A stretch of 64,000 bases of DNA from Candidatus Poribacteria bacterium. GTDB lineage: Bacteria; Poribacteria; WGA-4E; WGA-3G. The notes below the pieces were generated by a model. It was not told where the DNA came from. It searched no databases and saw only the letters and a program-made list of their open reading frames with translations. The stretch lies in the NCBI GenBank assembly GCA_963665235.2, contig CAXXLX010000001.1, forward strand, positions 2,304,001 through 2,368,000, given 5' to 3'. Shown piece by piece: positions 27,816-38,012 of this stretch. The position numbers and the translations under genes were made by a program. Positions within the stretch are counted from its first letter, which is position 1. Each line of letters opens with the position of its first letter.

Positions 27816-29165
27816 ATGGAGAGCTTGGACATAGGCACGCTCCAGGAAATGGAGATGTCGGACTTGATTACCCTGGCAGAGACCAGCGGTATAGAAGATG
27901 GCGGTGGACTTCCTAAAGATGAGCTGATTATGCGGATTCTTGAAGAAATCGCTGAACAAAATATACCCCTTTACGGAAAAGGCGTGTTGCAAATATTAGA
28001 TGACCGGGAGCAGAATTACGGATTCCTCCGGTCCCCCCGCTCTAATTATTTGCAGAGCAACGAAGACATTTATGTTTCCTCGTCACAAATCCGTTTGTTC
28101 GGATTACAGACCGGGCATGTCGTTGAAGGATTAGTTCGGCCCCCTAAGAAGTCAGAAAGCAAAACGGAGCGATACTTCGCCCTGTTACAGATTGAAAAAG
28201 TTAACGGTGAGCCGCCTCAAGAGGTCAAAATGCGAACCCCTTTCGACAATCTCAGGCCTGTCTACCCGTATGAACAACTCAAATTGGAACATAACCCATC
28301 TGAATTTGGCACGCGTATCATTGACCTGATGTCCCCCATCGGTAAAGGGCAGCGTGGATTAATTGTGGCACCGCCCTACAGTGGAAAAACAACCCTCCTA
28401 AAGAACATCGCGCACGGAATAGAAGCAAATCACCCTGAAGTTTCGCTTATCTTCCTGCTCATCGATGAACGCCCGGAGGAGGTCACTGATGTCACACGTT
28501 CCGTTAAAGGTGAGGTTATCAGTTCCACATTTGACGAGCACCCCGAACGGCATATACAGGTCGCTGACATGGCAATTGAGAAAGCGAAACGTTGGGTCGA
28601 GTGTGGAAAGGATGTCGTTATCTTATTGGATAGCATGACACGTCTCGCCAGAGCACACAATATGGTCGCACCTTCCACCGGAAAAACGTTGACCGGCGGG
28701 TTAGATGCGATGGCGTTTATCGAACCTCGCCAATTCTGTGGGGCTGCCCGAAAATTTGAGAACGGCGGGAGCTTAACAATTATTGCCTCTGTACTCGTTG
28801 ATACCGAAAGTCGTTCGGATACGTACATCTATGAAGAATTCAAAGGGACTGCCAACATGGAACTCCACATGGACCGTGCCTTGTTAGAGCAGCAGATCTT
28901 CCCGCCTATTAATATTGAAAAATCGAAGACGCGTCGGGAAGAACTCCTATTAGAACCGGACGTTCTTAACAAGGTTTGGGTACTACGGAAAGTCATCAAC
29001 CAAATGAGCTTATCCGATGCCATGGAACTCCTTATCAAGCAGTTCGGAAAGGCATCGACAAATGAGGAATTCCTTGAGCTTATGGCTGATGCCGGACAAG
29101 TGAGTGTTGCCCGGCCCCAGAAAACCAAAAGTCCCAGGCGGGAAACACGGCCTGTCGCGCCTTAG
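27816..29165 (+). CDS. rho: transcription termination factor Rho
   Basis: YGFLR, DIYVS.SQIR, PIGKGQRGLIVAPP..GKT, DERPEEVTD, EEFKGT. Confidence 0.98.
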   Translation: MESLDIGTLQEMEMSDLITLAETSGIEDGGGLPKDELIMRILEEIAEQNIPLYGKGVLQILDDREQNYGFLRSPRSNYLQSNEDIYVSSSQIRLFGLQTGHVVEGLVRPPKKSESKTERYFALLQIEKVNGEPPQEVKMRTPFDNLRPVYPYEQLKLEHNPSEFGTRIIDLMSPIGKGQRGLIVAPPYSGKTTLLKNIAHGIEANHPEVSLIFLLIDERPEEVTDVTRSVKGEVISSTFDEHPERHIQVADMAIEKAKRWVECGKDVVILLDSMTRLARAHNMVAPSTGKTLTGGLDAMAFIEPRQFCGAARKFENGGSLTIIASVLVDTESRSDTYIYEEFKGTANMELHMDRALLEQQIFPPINIEKSKTRREELLLEPDVLNKVWVLRKVINQMSLSDAMELLIKQFGKASTNEEFLELMADAGQVSVARPQKTKSPRRETRPVAP

Positions 29166-29312
29166 CGCATCCCGTGTGATTAAAAATAACCGAAGGAGTA
29201 ACCCCAGACCGAGGAGGCCTGCTACGGACCACCCCAACGTTGTCAAAACCCTATTAAAATAGGGAATGTTACGCCGGGGACACCTTCAAAACTAAATAGA
29301 GGAGTGATTTTT

Positions 29313-29525
29313 ATGAAATCTGAAATCCATCCAGAAACAACGGAGTGTACCATCACTTGTGCATGTGGTGCCACATATCAAACGATTGCGATTCAATCAA
29401 AGATGCGCGTTGACGTTTGTGCGAAGTGCCACCCGTTTTACACGGGACAACAAGCACGGTTTATTGATACTGCCGGGCGTGTTGAGAGTTTCCGCCGACG
29501 TTATGGAATAACCGAGACATCCTAG
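29313..29525 (+). CDS. rpmE: 50S ribosomal protein L31 (Zn-binding type)
   Basis: MKSEIHP, CACG, C..CHPFYTG, DTAGRVE.F. Confidence 0.97.
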   Translation: MKSEIHPETTECTITCACGATYQTIAIQSKMRVDVCAKCHPFYTGQQARFIDTAGRVESFRRRYGITETS

Positions 29526-29559
29526 GGGCTGTCCCCCAAAAAATTGTCCATGGAAACCA

Positions 29560-29728
29560 TCGGTTATCAGTTATCAGTCTTCGGTTAAGAGGAAATTATA
29601 GGTTTCGGTTCATGTAAAAGGTGTGTGCAATTGTTTTAATAAACGCAATGGCCACGTGGGTTAAATTTCATTCGCACTCATTCTTTACATCAGCCTGTAG
29701 GTTTCTTTTAACTGAAAACCGAAGACTA
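29560..29728. repeat. short heptamer-type inverted-repeat element
   Basis: GGTTATCAGTTATCAGTCTTCGGTT ... AACTGAAAACCGAAGACT; a related tract lies near 26892-26925. Confidence 0.5.
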
Positions 29729-29781
29729 ATTTGATTATGCTAAAGCATTCTCCGAATGCCTACGACAAGAGCGGAAGTGAA

Positions 29782-30855
29782 ATGTTTGACAAACTCAACG
29801 ATATTCAAACGAAATATGCTGACATTGAAAACGCATTAGCAGACCCGGCACAAATTTCTAACCCACAGCGCCTGCAAGAACTCGCTAAATCGCATGCTGA
29901 ACTCACCCCAATTGTGACGGCTTACCGAACGTATCAGAAACTACAAACCGCAATTGAAGATACGCAGACGCTGCTAGATACTGAAACTGATGCCGAAATG
30001 CTGGAACTCGCCGAAGAAGAATTGAATAGTCTCGAATCTGAAATGGCACAACTGACTGAAACGTTGAAGATGCTTCTCATTCCGAAAGACCCGGACGATG
30101 AAAAAAACGTCATCATTGAAATTCGGGCAGGCACCGGGGGGGAAGAAGCCTCCCTGTTCGCTGCAGAAATATTTCGGATGTACACACGATACGCTGAACG
30201 CAAAGGCTGGAAATTTGAAACCCTCAGCGTAAATGTCACTGGGCTCAAAGGGGTCAAAGAGGTAATCTTTTCAATTGAAGGCAACAGCGCATATAGTCTC
30301 CTTAAATATGAAGGCGGCATTCATCGCGTCCAACGCGTACCAACAACCGAAACCAGCGGCAGAATTCATACTTCCGCTGTAACCGTAGCCGTCCTCCCTG
30401 AAGCGGAAGAAATTGATTTAGCGATTGATGAAGCCACGGAACTACGGATTGATACATACCGCTCTTCCGGACCCGGCGGGCAAAGTGTCAATACAACCGA
30501 CTCCGCAATCCGGATTACCCACATCCCCACAGGGTTAATTGTAACTTGCCAAGATGAAAAATCGCAGCACAAAAACCGCTCACGGGCAATGAAAATTCTA
30601 CGCGCTCGCCTCCAAGAGAAAAAACAGGCTGAATTGAACAGTGAACGCTCCGAAACGCGACGCTCCATGGTCGGCAGTGGCGACAGAAGCGAGAAAATTC
30701 GCACATATAACTTCCGAGAATCTCGCGTAACGGACCACCGAATCCGATTTACCTCTTATCAATTAGAGACTATTCTAGATGGAGACCTAGAGGACTTCAT
30801 TGAACGATTGAGAACAGCTGAACAGGCCGAAAAACTAAAAGCGAGTGACGTTTAG
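29782..30855 (+). CDS. prfA: peptide chain release factor 1
   Basis: RAGTGGEEA, HRVQRVPTTE (PxT), GPGGQSVN, IRTYN. Confidence 0.98.
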   Translation: MFDKLNDIQTKYADIENALADPAQISNPQRLQELAKSHAELTPIVTAYRTYQKLQTAIEDTQTLLDTETDAEMLELAEEELNSLESEMAQLTETLKMLLIPKDPDDEKNVIIEIRAGTGGEEASLFAAEIFRMYTRYAERKGWKFETLSVNVTGLKGVKEVIFSIEGNSAYSLLKYEGGIHRVQRVPTTETSGRIHTSAVTVAVLPEAEEIDLAIDEATELRIDTYRSSGPGGQSVNTTDSAIRITHIPTGLIVTCQDEKSQHKNRSRAMKILRARLQEKKQAELNSERSETRRSMVGSGDRSEKIRTYNFRESRVTDHRIRFTSYQLETILDGDLEDFIERLRTAEQAEKLKASDV

Positions 30856-30900
30856 TGCGGCTTGTTACGGCATTCTTCGAATGCATACTACCAAAAAACT

Positions 30901-31770
30901 ATGGCTACTAAAATCTGGCACGTACTCGAACTCCTTGAATGGACAACGAGCTATTTTGATAAGTACAGCATTCCTAACCCGAGATTGGACGCAGAACTCC
31001 TGCTCGGACACCTGCTCGAAAAAACCCGTTTGCAACTCTACCTCCACTTCGATATGCCGGTCTTTCAGGAGCAGCTGACCGCCTTCCGGAACCTCATTAA
31101 AAAGCGAATTGCCCATACGCCGATTAGCTATCTCACTAATCACAAGGAGTTTATGTCCTTAGATTTCTATATCGATGAACGGGTGCTTGTCCCACGACCG
31201 GAAACTGAATTCCTTGTTGAGGCAATTTGCAAAATGGAGGTAGACGAACCGCAACGTTTACTAGAAATCGGGACCGGAAGCGGTATCATTGCGACAACCC
31301 TTGCCCTTCATGCACCGGACTGGGAAATCATCGCAACCGATATATCCAAGGAGGCACTCGCGGTTGCCCAGAAAAATAGAGATACACACGGTTGTACCGA
31401 ACGTATTACTCTCCTGCACGGTGACCTGTTTGAGCCGATTCAGCAACACAAATTATCCCGTTTTAATTGTGTCGTCTCCAATCCCCCCTATCTTATGAGC
31501 GGGGAAAACGACACCTTGGGGCCAGGGGTCCGAGAACACGAGCCGCACATTGCGCTCTTCGCCGGGGAAGATGGCCTTGATGTCATTCGCCGCCTCATTG
31601 CTGAAGCCCCGAACTACCTTCACTCCGGCGGGAAACTTATTTTTGAAATCGGGTACAGACAAGCGGAGGCTGTGGGACCTTTACTTAAGGCACACCCTTC
31701 GTATCAGAAACACCGGCTCATCAAAGATTACAGCGGCATAGAACGAATTGTCATCGCAACGGTTGCCTAA
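30901..31770 (+). CDS. prmC: release factor glutamine methyltransferase
   Basis: LVPRPETE, EIGTGSG, SNPPY; follows prfA. Confidence 0.96.
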   Translation: MATKIWHVLELLEWTTSYFDKYSIPNPRLDAELLLGHLLEKTRLQLYLHFDMPVFQEQLTAFRNLIKKRIAHTPISYLTNHKEFMSLDFYIDERVLVPRPETEFLVEAICKMEVDEPQRLLEIGTGSGIIATTLALHAPDWEIIATDISKEALAVAQKNRDTHGCTERITLLHGDLFEPIQQHKLSRFNCVVSNPPYLMSGENDTLGPGVREHEPHIALFAGEDGLDVIRRLIAEAPNYLHSGGKLIFEIGYRQAEAVGPLLKAHPSYQKHRLIKDYSGIERIVIATVA

Positions 31771-31784
31771 CGCGGAGAATTTGA

Positions 31785-31816
31785 CAGGGAGTTATCGGTA
31801 CCGGCCTCCCTATTTT
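31785..31816. terminator. probable terminator between convergent genes
   Basis: AGGGAG...CTCCCT stem followed by ATTTT. Confidence 0.45.
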
Positions 31817-31820
31817 CACC

Positions 31821-33866
31821 TTAGTTCGCCTTAATGACCACAAGCGTTACGTCATCCGCCTGCGGCTCGCCGTTTGCCCAGGATGTGCACTCTGTGAAAA
31901 TATGGTTGATAATCACTTTCGGGGACCGATTTGCTACCGCTGCGAACAGTTCTTTCGTCTTTGGATAATCTAGCATTTCGTTCTCAGGGTTCAACATTTC
32001 TGGCAACCCATCACTCATGAGCAGTACCGTATCTCCGCTTTCCAGTTGATAGGATGCTTCCTCTCGTTCTGTCCCGATAAACCCGCCCAACGGCATCCCT
32101 TCAAGGAATATCTCCTCAACCTTGTCCTCATTAGCTCGATAGAGTAGGGCAGGCGGCATGCCAGCGGCTGCGACGGTGATTCGGTTGTTGTCGAAGGCGA
32201 CAAGTGTCATCGCCATGTAGAGACGTTTTAGATTCATGCTCTTAACACCTTGTGAAATCCGTTCGAGTATTTCCAGGTTTCCCGCTTCTGGAGCTGCCGT
32301 CTTGAAAAGACTTTTGACAGCGGAGACGACTAGTCCGGCGTTCATGCCGTGTCCGGTTGCGTCGCCGATAGCGATAGTGAGCTGCCTATCCTCGATGAGA
32401 TTGTAGTCGTAATAGTCGCCGCCCACCTCTGTTGCTGGTCGCATTTCAAAGGCGATGTCGAGGTTGGGAAGTTCGGGGGAGGTTTGAGGCAGCATAGACA
32501 TTTGGAGTTCACGCGCCGCTTCCAGCTCCTCGGTTTTGCGGGTATTTTCAACCTCCAGGAGCTGCCGCTCAAGCACCTCTGTTTCAAGTTTTTGATGGGT
32601 TCGGGAGAAGTTACGTGCAAGATAAACTGACATGGAAAAAAGTGGGGCGAGGGTTATTGCCAGCGCACTAATTTGCCAGTTAATTTCTTGAAGTTTTGTG
32701 TACGAAAGGAGAAACCCGAACATCACAGGCAGGATAAAGGGGGAGAGCGAACCGAGTCCGAAAATCCACGCGCCATCCTTTTTCTTAAAAATAGCAACGA
32801 TAATCACCCGTGCCATCTCTAAAAACGTGATACCCATAAACAGACTTAGGAGCCACAACGCTACCCCGAAAAATTGAAAAATGTCGCTCCTGAGACTAAA
32901 CAGACTCAAGCCGGCCAGCAGTGTCCAGCCTGTAACAAAAAACCACGCCAGCTTTGGCAGCTTCGGATAAAAGAGCGTATAGAGAAATAGCAGTGCCGAC
33001 AAAAACATCAGCACAAACGCAGCGACAAGCAACCGAAGCAGAGCTAATGTTTGGGTCAGACCAGTTGCTAGCAGGCCAAACTGAAAGACAAGAAAAACGA
33101 AGGCACCGATGCTCCCAACCGAAATCGCAAAATAGAGGTTTTCTCGTGCACGTGGATAAAAAATAAATAGCAATAGATGTTGAACCATCAAGAAAAACGA
33201 AATCGCTGTCCATACCATCTGAACAGTCGTGAAATCGCGAATCGTGTTAATACGTCCCTCGATTGCTGAATTCAGGGGAGAAAACCGAAGCAGGAAGCCG
33301 ATTACGGGCAGAAACTGCGGGGCAGAAAAGTTGGAATACCGAACTGCAATAACATGCTCCGTTTTTCCGGAGAACGAAATGACTTGCGGGTCTCGCGCCC
33401 AATACGGTTTCTCTTCCACGCGCCGCGTTCCTACGTTCCCGAATTTGTAAATTAACTCCCCATCCAGATAAATTTCGGATGCACCCACCTGATATGTGAC
33501 ATGAAGTGCCAGCGGCATATTGTGCAGCCGCTCATCAGGCACAGACAGATGGAGCCTGAACCAACCGATGCCCTCCCACCTATTTTTCCGCAATTCATTT
33601 TGAGGAAGCATTGTGCTAACGACTTTCCACGTACTATCGTCAAAAGTTGGACTCGCCCAGGCTGGCTCATCGCCCGGATGATACCGCCAATTTCCGTACA
33701 ATGCCTCGCCTGAATTTATTGCCTCTAACGTCAGTATGGGCGTACCTGATGCCTGTACGTGTATATCGATACTGGGTGCAGGGGCACTGTCTTGTGCCAA
33801 TGCTTGAGTGATGAACCCGCCCCCCACTAAAATGAGATAAGATATTAGAACGAATAGGTACTTCAT
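31821..33866 (-). CDS. membrane sensor PP2C/SpoIIE phosphatase (sugar-binding-like domain + 7TM + PP2C)
   Basis: GWFRL, seven TMs, VGGDYYD, IGDATGHG, MSDGL, DDVTL. Confidence 0.92.
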   Translation of the reverse strand: MKYLFVLISYLILVGGGFITQALAQDSAPAPSIDIHVQASGTPILTLEAINSGEALYGNWRYHPGDEPAWASPTFDDSTWKVVSTMLPQNELRKNRWEGIGWFRLHLSVPDERLHNMPLALHVTYQVGASEIYLDGELIYKFGNVGTRRVEEKPYWARDPQVISFSGKTEHVIAVRYSNFSAPQFLPVIGFLLRFSPLNSAIEGRINTIRDFTTVQMVWTAISFFLMVQHLLLFIFYPRARENLYFAISVGSIGAFVFLVFQFGLLATGLTQTLALLRLLVAAFVLMFLSALLFLYTLFYPKLPKLAWFFVTGWTLLAGLSLFSLRSDIFQFFGVALWLLSLFMGITFLEMARVIIVAIFKKKDGAWIFGLGSLSPFILPVMFGFLLSYTKLQEINWQISALAITLAPLFSMSVYLARNFSRTHQKLETEVLERQLLEVENTRKTEELEAARELQMSMLPQTSPELPNLDIAFEMRPATEVGGDYYDYNLIEDRQLTIAIGDATGHGMNAGLVVSAVKSLFKTAAPEAGNLEILERISQGVKSMNLKRLYMAMTLVAFDNNRITVAAAGMPPALLYRANEDKVEEIFLEGMPLGGFIGTEREEASYQLESGDTVLLMSDGLPEMLNPENEMLDYPKTKELFAAVANRSPKVIINHIFTECTSWANGEPQADDVTLVVIKAN

Positions 33867-33867
33867 T

Positions 33868-34995
33868 TTAAAAATCATTCTTCAAGAAATATTCATCCTC
33901 CAACCCGTTCACAAGCGGCTTGAATACCCGCATAATACGATAGAGGTAAATCGGATTCAAAATCTCACACATACCATCAGGCCCCTCTTTGATAACGCCA
34001 TACATGAAAAGTTCGTTGATGATGTCATTATCTAGGTTGAAGTCTATGCCTTCATCACGCGTCATAATCGTCATCAGCACGTTTTCAAAGCGTGGGTCTT
34101 TGCGAATATTAGTGGTCAGATGTTGAATATTGGTATTTCGTCCGCGAAGGAGCTGCGCGTGTGCTACTGAAAAGTGCGACATTGTAATCGGTTCCGCCTT
34201 CGGAATGTCCAATTCTTCCGTGAGGATTTGTGCAAGTCGGTTGACGAGTACGGGTTGTCCACCAGTCTGTTTATGAATCGCCGCAATAACTTCGGGGGCA
34301 AAGCCTTGGCCAACTTCAGTTGTATATTGCCCGATGAGTTCTTGCACCTGCTTAAGACTGAAGTTTGGCAAATTGAATTCATCTTGAATGTTGAACGGGG
34401 AGATAGATTTTTCCTCGCTGAGTTGCGTAATACTCTTAATGCCAACGATGCCGATACTATGCGGACAGCGAACCTCATCGGACAGGTAGATGTGACGAAG
34501 TGAACCCAGAAACCCCTTGATGGCTGTCCTCGGGATACCACCAAACTCGTCAATAATGAGAACAACTCGCTGGTAGTTGTGATGTGTGAGGTGTTGCGCG
34601 AATTCTTCAAAAAACTCCCGCATTGACACATGCTCCGTTATTTCTGTGTCCGCCAAGAATTGTACTAAGGCATCGGATGGTGCTGCTTCGCGTTTCTGAA
34701 AGACCCGCTCAATTTCTTTCCGGATTTCTCTATAGAGAGAGGCGTAAAAATCGACGGCGGTGTACTCTTCGTACTCCTCAAAATTCAGTTGTATTGGGAA
34801 ATAGGTTGAATCTTGCGTAGTGAGTGCTTCAATTGCCCACCGAAAAAAGGTCGTCTTGCCGGTTTGCCGTGGCGCGAAGAGGACGATATACCGTCCCTGC
34901 TTGATACGTTCAATAAAATCAGCGATTTCTTCGGTGCGCGAGACGACATAGTGTGTGCCAGGGTAGACGCGTCCCTCTGTTCCGAAACGTTTCAT
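33868..34995 (-). CDS. AAA-like ATPase (AAA_35/STAND-like)
   Basis: FAPRQTGKT, LIIDEF, SPFNI, T.GQP.LVN. Confidence 0.88.
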   Translation of the reverse strand: MKRFGTEGRVYPGTHYVVSRTEEIADFIERIKQGRYIVLFAPRQTGKTTFFRWAIEALTTQDSTYFPIQLNFEEYEEYTAVDFYASLYREIRKEIERVFQKREAAPSDALVQFLADTEITEHVSMREFFEEFAQHLTHHNYQRVVLIIDEFGGIPRTAIKGFLGSLRHIYLSDEVRCPHSIGIVGIKSITQLSEEKSISPFNIQDEFNLPNFSLKQVQELIGQYTTEVGQGFAPEVIAAIHKQTGGQPVLVNRLAQILTEELDIPKAEPITMSHFSVAHAQLLRGRNTNIQHLTTNIRKDPRFENVLMTIMTRDEGIDFNLDNDIINELFMYGVIKEGPDGMCEILNPIYLYRIMRVFKPLVNGLEDEYFLKNDF

Positions 34996-35091
34996 GGTTT
35001 CTTCCTGCCAATCAAAAGTTCATTAATTGAGTGTATCACATCAATAGGGAAAAGTGCAAGGGCAAAGTTGGGGGTTGGGAGCAACTTACCC

Positions 35092-35817
35092 TTAAATCCT
35101 TTGGTACCCAGCTTCTACACGTATAAGTTGCATCCGTTCTACAGCCTCTGCGGCGGCGGTGGCCATTGCGTCCGCTCGGAGGCTTAATTCTTCCTCCTCC
35201 GACGAGGTGGGGATAACCGTTCCATCCGGGAGATACGCGCGTAAAAGCCTGATTTCCTCCTCCGGTTGCTCTTCCCATCGGAGCCAAACGTTCAACGCTT
35301 TGCTGAGCAAACGGCCTTGTGCATCCGGGAGCATCTCGACGATTTCTCCCGATGAGTCTCGCTTCCATCCACGAAAATCTGGCAGGAATTGCATATCCGC
35401 CTGATGTATGAAGTATTCTTGAAAGCTCATCTCAATAAGATGTTCGTATATAGTCTTTTGTATTTGCATCTCGTCTGGTGGGTCGCATGGGAAATCTACG
35501 ACCGCCATGGCAACCGAGCCGAGATGCATAGTAGCCATGATTTCTAACGGCGGTATGTTAATGCCAAAGACGGTGGTAACCTTGGGCGAAATGAAAGTCT
35601 TCATATACTCTTCAAGGTATTGGATAAGGCCTTTGTTACTGACGTAAATGTCTTCCTGGGTTTGAAAATATTGCGATAACTGATCGGAGAACGCGACGAG
35701 TTGCGTGACGTGTTTCTCTGCGCAATTGTCAATCTTGTATCCTCCGATGCGCATCACGGATTCAGCTTCTGCTGCTGGAACGATAGGCATATCCTTTTCG
35801 GGCTTGAGTTCATTCAT
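35092..35817 (-). CDS. degenerate Uma2-like protein
   Basis: DIYVS..LI.Y, ISP.V..FGI, EYF, L.VWLRWE; catalytic PD and E positions appear lost. Confidence 0.55.
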   Translation of the reverse strand: MNELKPEKDMPIVPAAEAESVMRIGGYKIDNCAEKHVTQLVAFSDQLSQYFQTQEDIYVSNKGLIQYLEEYMKTFISPKVTTVFGINIPPLEIMATMHLGSVAMAVVDFPCDPPDEMQIQKTIYEHLIEMSFQEYFIHQADMQFLPDFRGWKRDSSGEIVEMLPDAQGRLLSKALNVWLRWEEQPEEEIRLLRAYLPDGTVIPTSSEEEELSLRADAMATAAAEAVERMQLIRVEAGYQRI

Positions 35818-36019
35818 AATTTTCTCCTTTTACAGGTTATTGATAGGTGTCCTATTCCTTGTGAAATTATTTTAGCAAAATCGGTATTTTTTATCAAGCG
35901 TAAAATCAAAATGAGCGAGCGCGGCCCTCAACATTGCGGGAGAACTAATTCGGGAACAATTTATCAAATTGATTGATGCGCCTCCATGTGTTATAATAGA
36001 AAAAAGGAGGAAGGACAAC

Positions 36020-36928
36020 ATGGGTTGGAAAAACGCACTATCAGGCATCGTAACGCAGCCCGGGACACGTCTCCGATTTGGCGAACCGCTGGCGAAGCAC
36101 ACCCACTTCGGTATCGGGGGCAAAGCAGACGCTTACTTTGAAATCAGCACAGTAGCGGAATTGGCAGAATTAGCACGTTTCCACCAGCAGTGGCAAGTGC
36201 CAGTTGCAATTATCGGACGCGGCTCAAACCTGCTCGTAAGCGACACAGGATACAGAGGGATTGTCGTCCGACTAATCGGCGAGCTTGCAAAATTGGAGCT
36301 GGATAAAAACACTGTCTCAGTCGGAGCAGGCCTCGCGTTACCGCGCCTCTCAAAAGTGATGTCAAAAAACGGATTGAGCGGTGCCGAATTTGCACTCGGC
36401 ATACCCGGTGCAGTCGGCGGCGCGTTAATAATGAACGCTGGAGCGTGGGGAAGCAGTTTTGGAGAACTTGTCACCCGTGTCACTGTCATGGAACACACCG
36501 GCGACTTAACGGAATTAAGCCAGGCAGAAGCACAGTTTGAATACCGACACAGCGGATTAGATGCCTACTTTTGCATCATCGGCGCGACCCTCTCCCTCGA
36601 ACCGGGGGATGTCGATACAATCACAGCGCGGATGCTAGCGTTTTATAAACAGAAGGTGGCAACACAACCCTTCGCTGAAGAAAATGCTGGATGCATGTTC
36701 AAAAATCCACCCAACGACTCCGCAGGCAGACTGATTGACATAAGTGGTCTGAAGGGTTACCGTATTGGTGGGGCAGAGGTCTCTAAAATCCACGGGAATT
36801 TCATCCTGAACGTTGACAACGCAACAGCAGCGGACGTTCTCAACCTCGTAACGTATATTCAAGAGCACGTGAAGGAAAAAACGGGTATCTCACTTCAAAC
36901 AGAGGTGAAACGTCTCGGATTTGATTAG
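36020..36928 (+). CDS. murB: UDP-N-acetylmuramate dehydrogenase
   Basis: HTHFGIGG, G.GSNLL, GIPGAVGGA..MNAGA, MFKNP, HGNFILN. Confidence 0.97.
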   Translation: MGWKNALSGIVTQPGTRLRFGEPLAKHTHFGIGGKADAYFEISTVAELAELARFHQQWQVPVAIIGRGSNLLVSDTGYRGIVVRLIGELAKLELDKNTVSVGAGLALPRLSKVMSKNGLSGAEFALGIPGAVGGALIMNAGAWGSSFGELVTRVTVMEHTGDLTELSQAEAQFEYRHSGLDAYFCIIGATLSLEPGDVDTITARMLAFYKQKVATQPFAEENAGCMFKNPPNDSAGRLIDISGLKGYRIGGAEVSKIHGNFILNVDNATAADVLNLVTYIQEHVKEKTGISLQTEVKRLGFD

Positions 36929-36985
36929 GACTATCAGGAACAAGCGGTTCAACCCCGGAGCGTCTTTGCGAACCAACAACCAAAT

Positions 36986-37882
36986 ATGGACAATTTTATT
37001 CTCATCGCAAACCCAATTTCCGGCAAGGGCCGGGCAAAAAAAGTTGCTGAACGCGCGTATACTGTGCTGACATCGGCTGGACATCAGGGACATATTAAAT
37101 TGACAACGGGGCCCGGTGATGCAAAGCAATTCGCTTATGAAGCCGCCTCCCGCGGTGTTAAATGGGTGATTGCCAGTGGGGGGGATGGTACACTCCACGA
37201 AGTTGTCAACGGTATTGCAAACGCACCAGATGTCACCCTCGGTATACTGCCATGTGGCCGGGGTAACGACTTCGCTGCGGCTGTCGGGGTGCCACGCAAA
37301 CCGCAAGACGCTATTCAAACCCTTCTCACGGGTAGTGCTACGTCTGTTGATTTAGGGCGCGTCACTTCAGCGAAAAATGAGGTGCACTATTTCACAACTA
37401 TTGCAACGTGCGGTTATGATGCGGAGGTCAGCCGCCGAGGTGCCGAACGGACAACGCCTTTTTCGGGTACCGCCTCTTACGTTTACGCGGCTATTGCTAC
37501 ACTCTTTGAGTATCAATGTCCTTTTGCCCGACTTGAGGGAGATTTTGGGAATCCCTACGAAGGGCGGCTCCTGCTCACTGCAACAGGTATTACGAGCCGC
37601 TACGGGGGCGGATTTCGGATTGTCCCGGAAGCCCGTTACGATGATGGTCTTTTTGACATTTGCATCATTCAGCCTGTGCCCGCTTTTACAATTCTTCGCC
37701 TCCTCGTAACTTTGTTCTGGGGTGGACATGTGTCTCATCCCGCTGTGGAGATACATAGAGGACGCACTGTGTCCATTGAAACGGACCCGCCTATTCTGCT
37801 TTATGCCGATGGCGAGCCGATGTGCGAAACCCCCGCGACAATTGAGATAATCCCGCAAGGGCTCACTGTCCTTACGCCGTGA
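36986..37882 (+). CDS. diacylglycerol/lipid kinase family protein (YegS/DagK)
   Basis: NPISG, GGDGT, PCGRGNDFA, DDGLFD, ADGE. Confidence 0.93.
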   Translation: MDNFILIANPISGKGRAKKVAERAYTVLTSAGHQGHIKLTTGPGDAKQFAYEAASRGVKWVIASGGDGTLHEVVNGIANAPDVTLGILPCGRGNDFAAAVGVPRKPQDAIQTLLTGSATSVDLGRVTSAKNEVHYFTTIATCGYDAEVSRRGAERTTPFSGTASYVYAAIATLFEYQCPFARLEGDFGNPYEGRLLLTATGITSRYGGGFRIVPEARYDDGLFDICIIQPVPAFTILRLLVTLFWGGHVSHPAVEIHRGRTVSIETDPPILLYADGEPMCETPATIEIIPQGLTVLTP

Positions 37883-38012
37883 TATCACTCCGCATCGTTT
37901 TCAGATTGTGCCCCAGGCAATATATTGGAAAGTCAAAAAAAATCGCTTGACGAAAATATAGAAAACGCGTATAATGCTCGGTAGATTTCACAATTTGAAA
38001 AGGAGCAGCACA

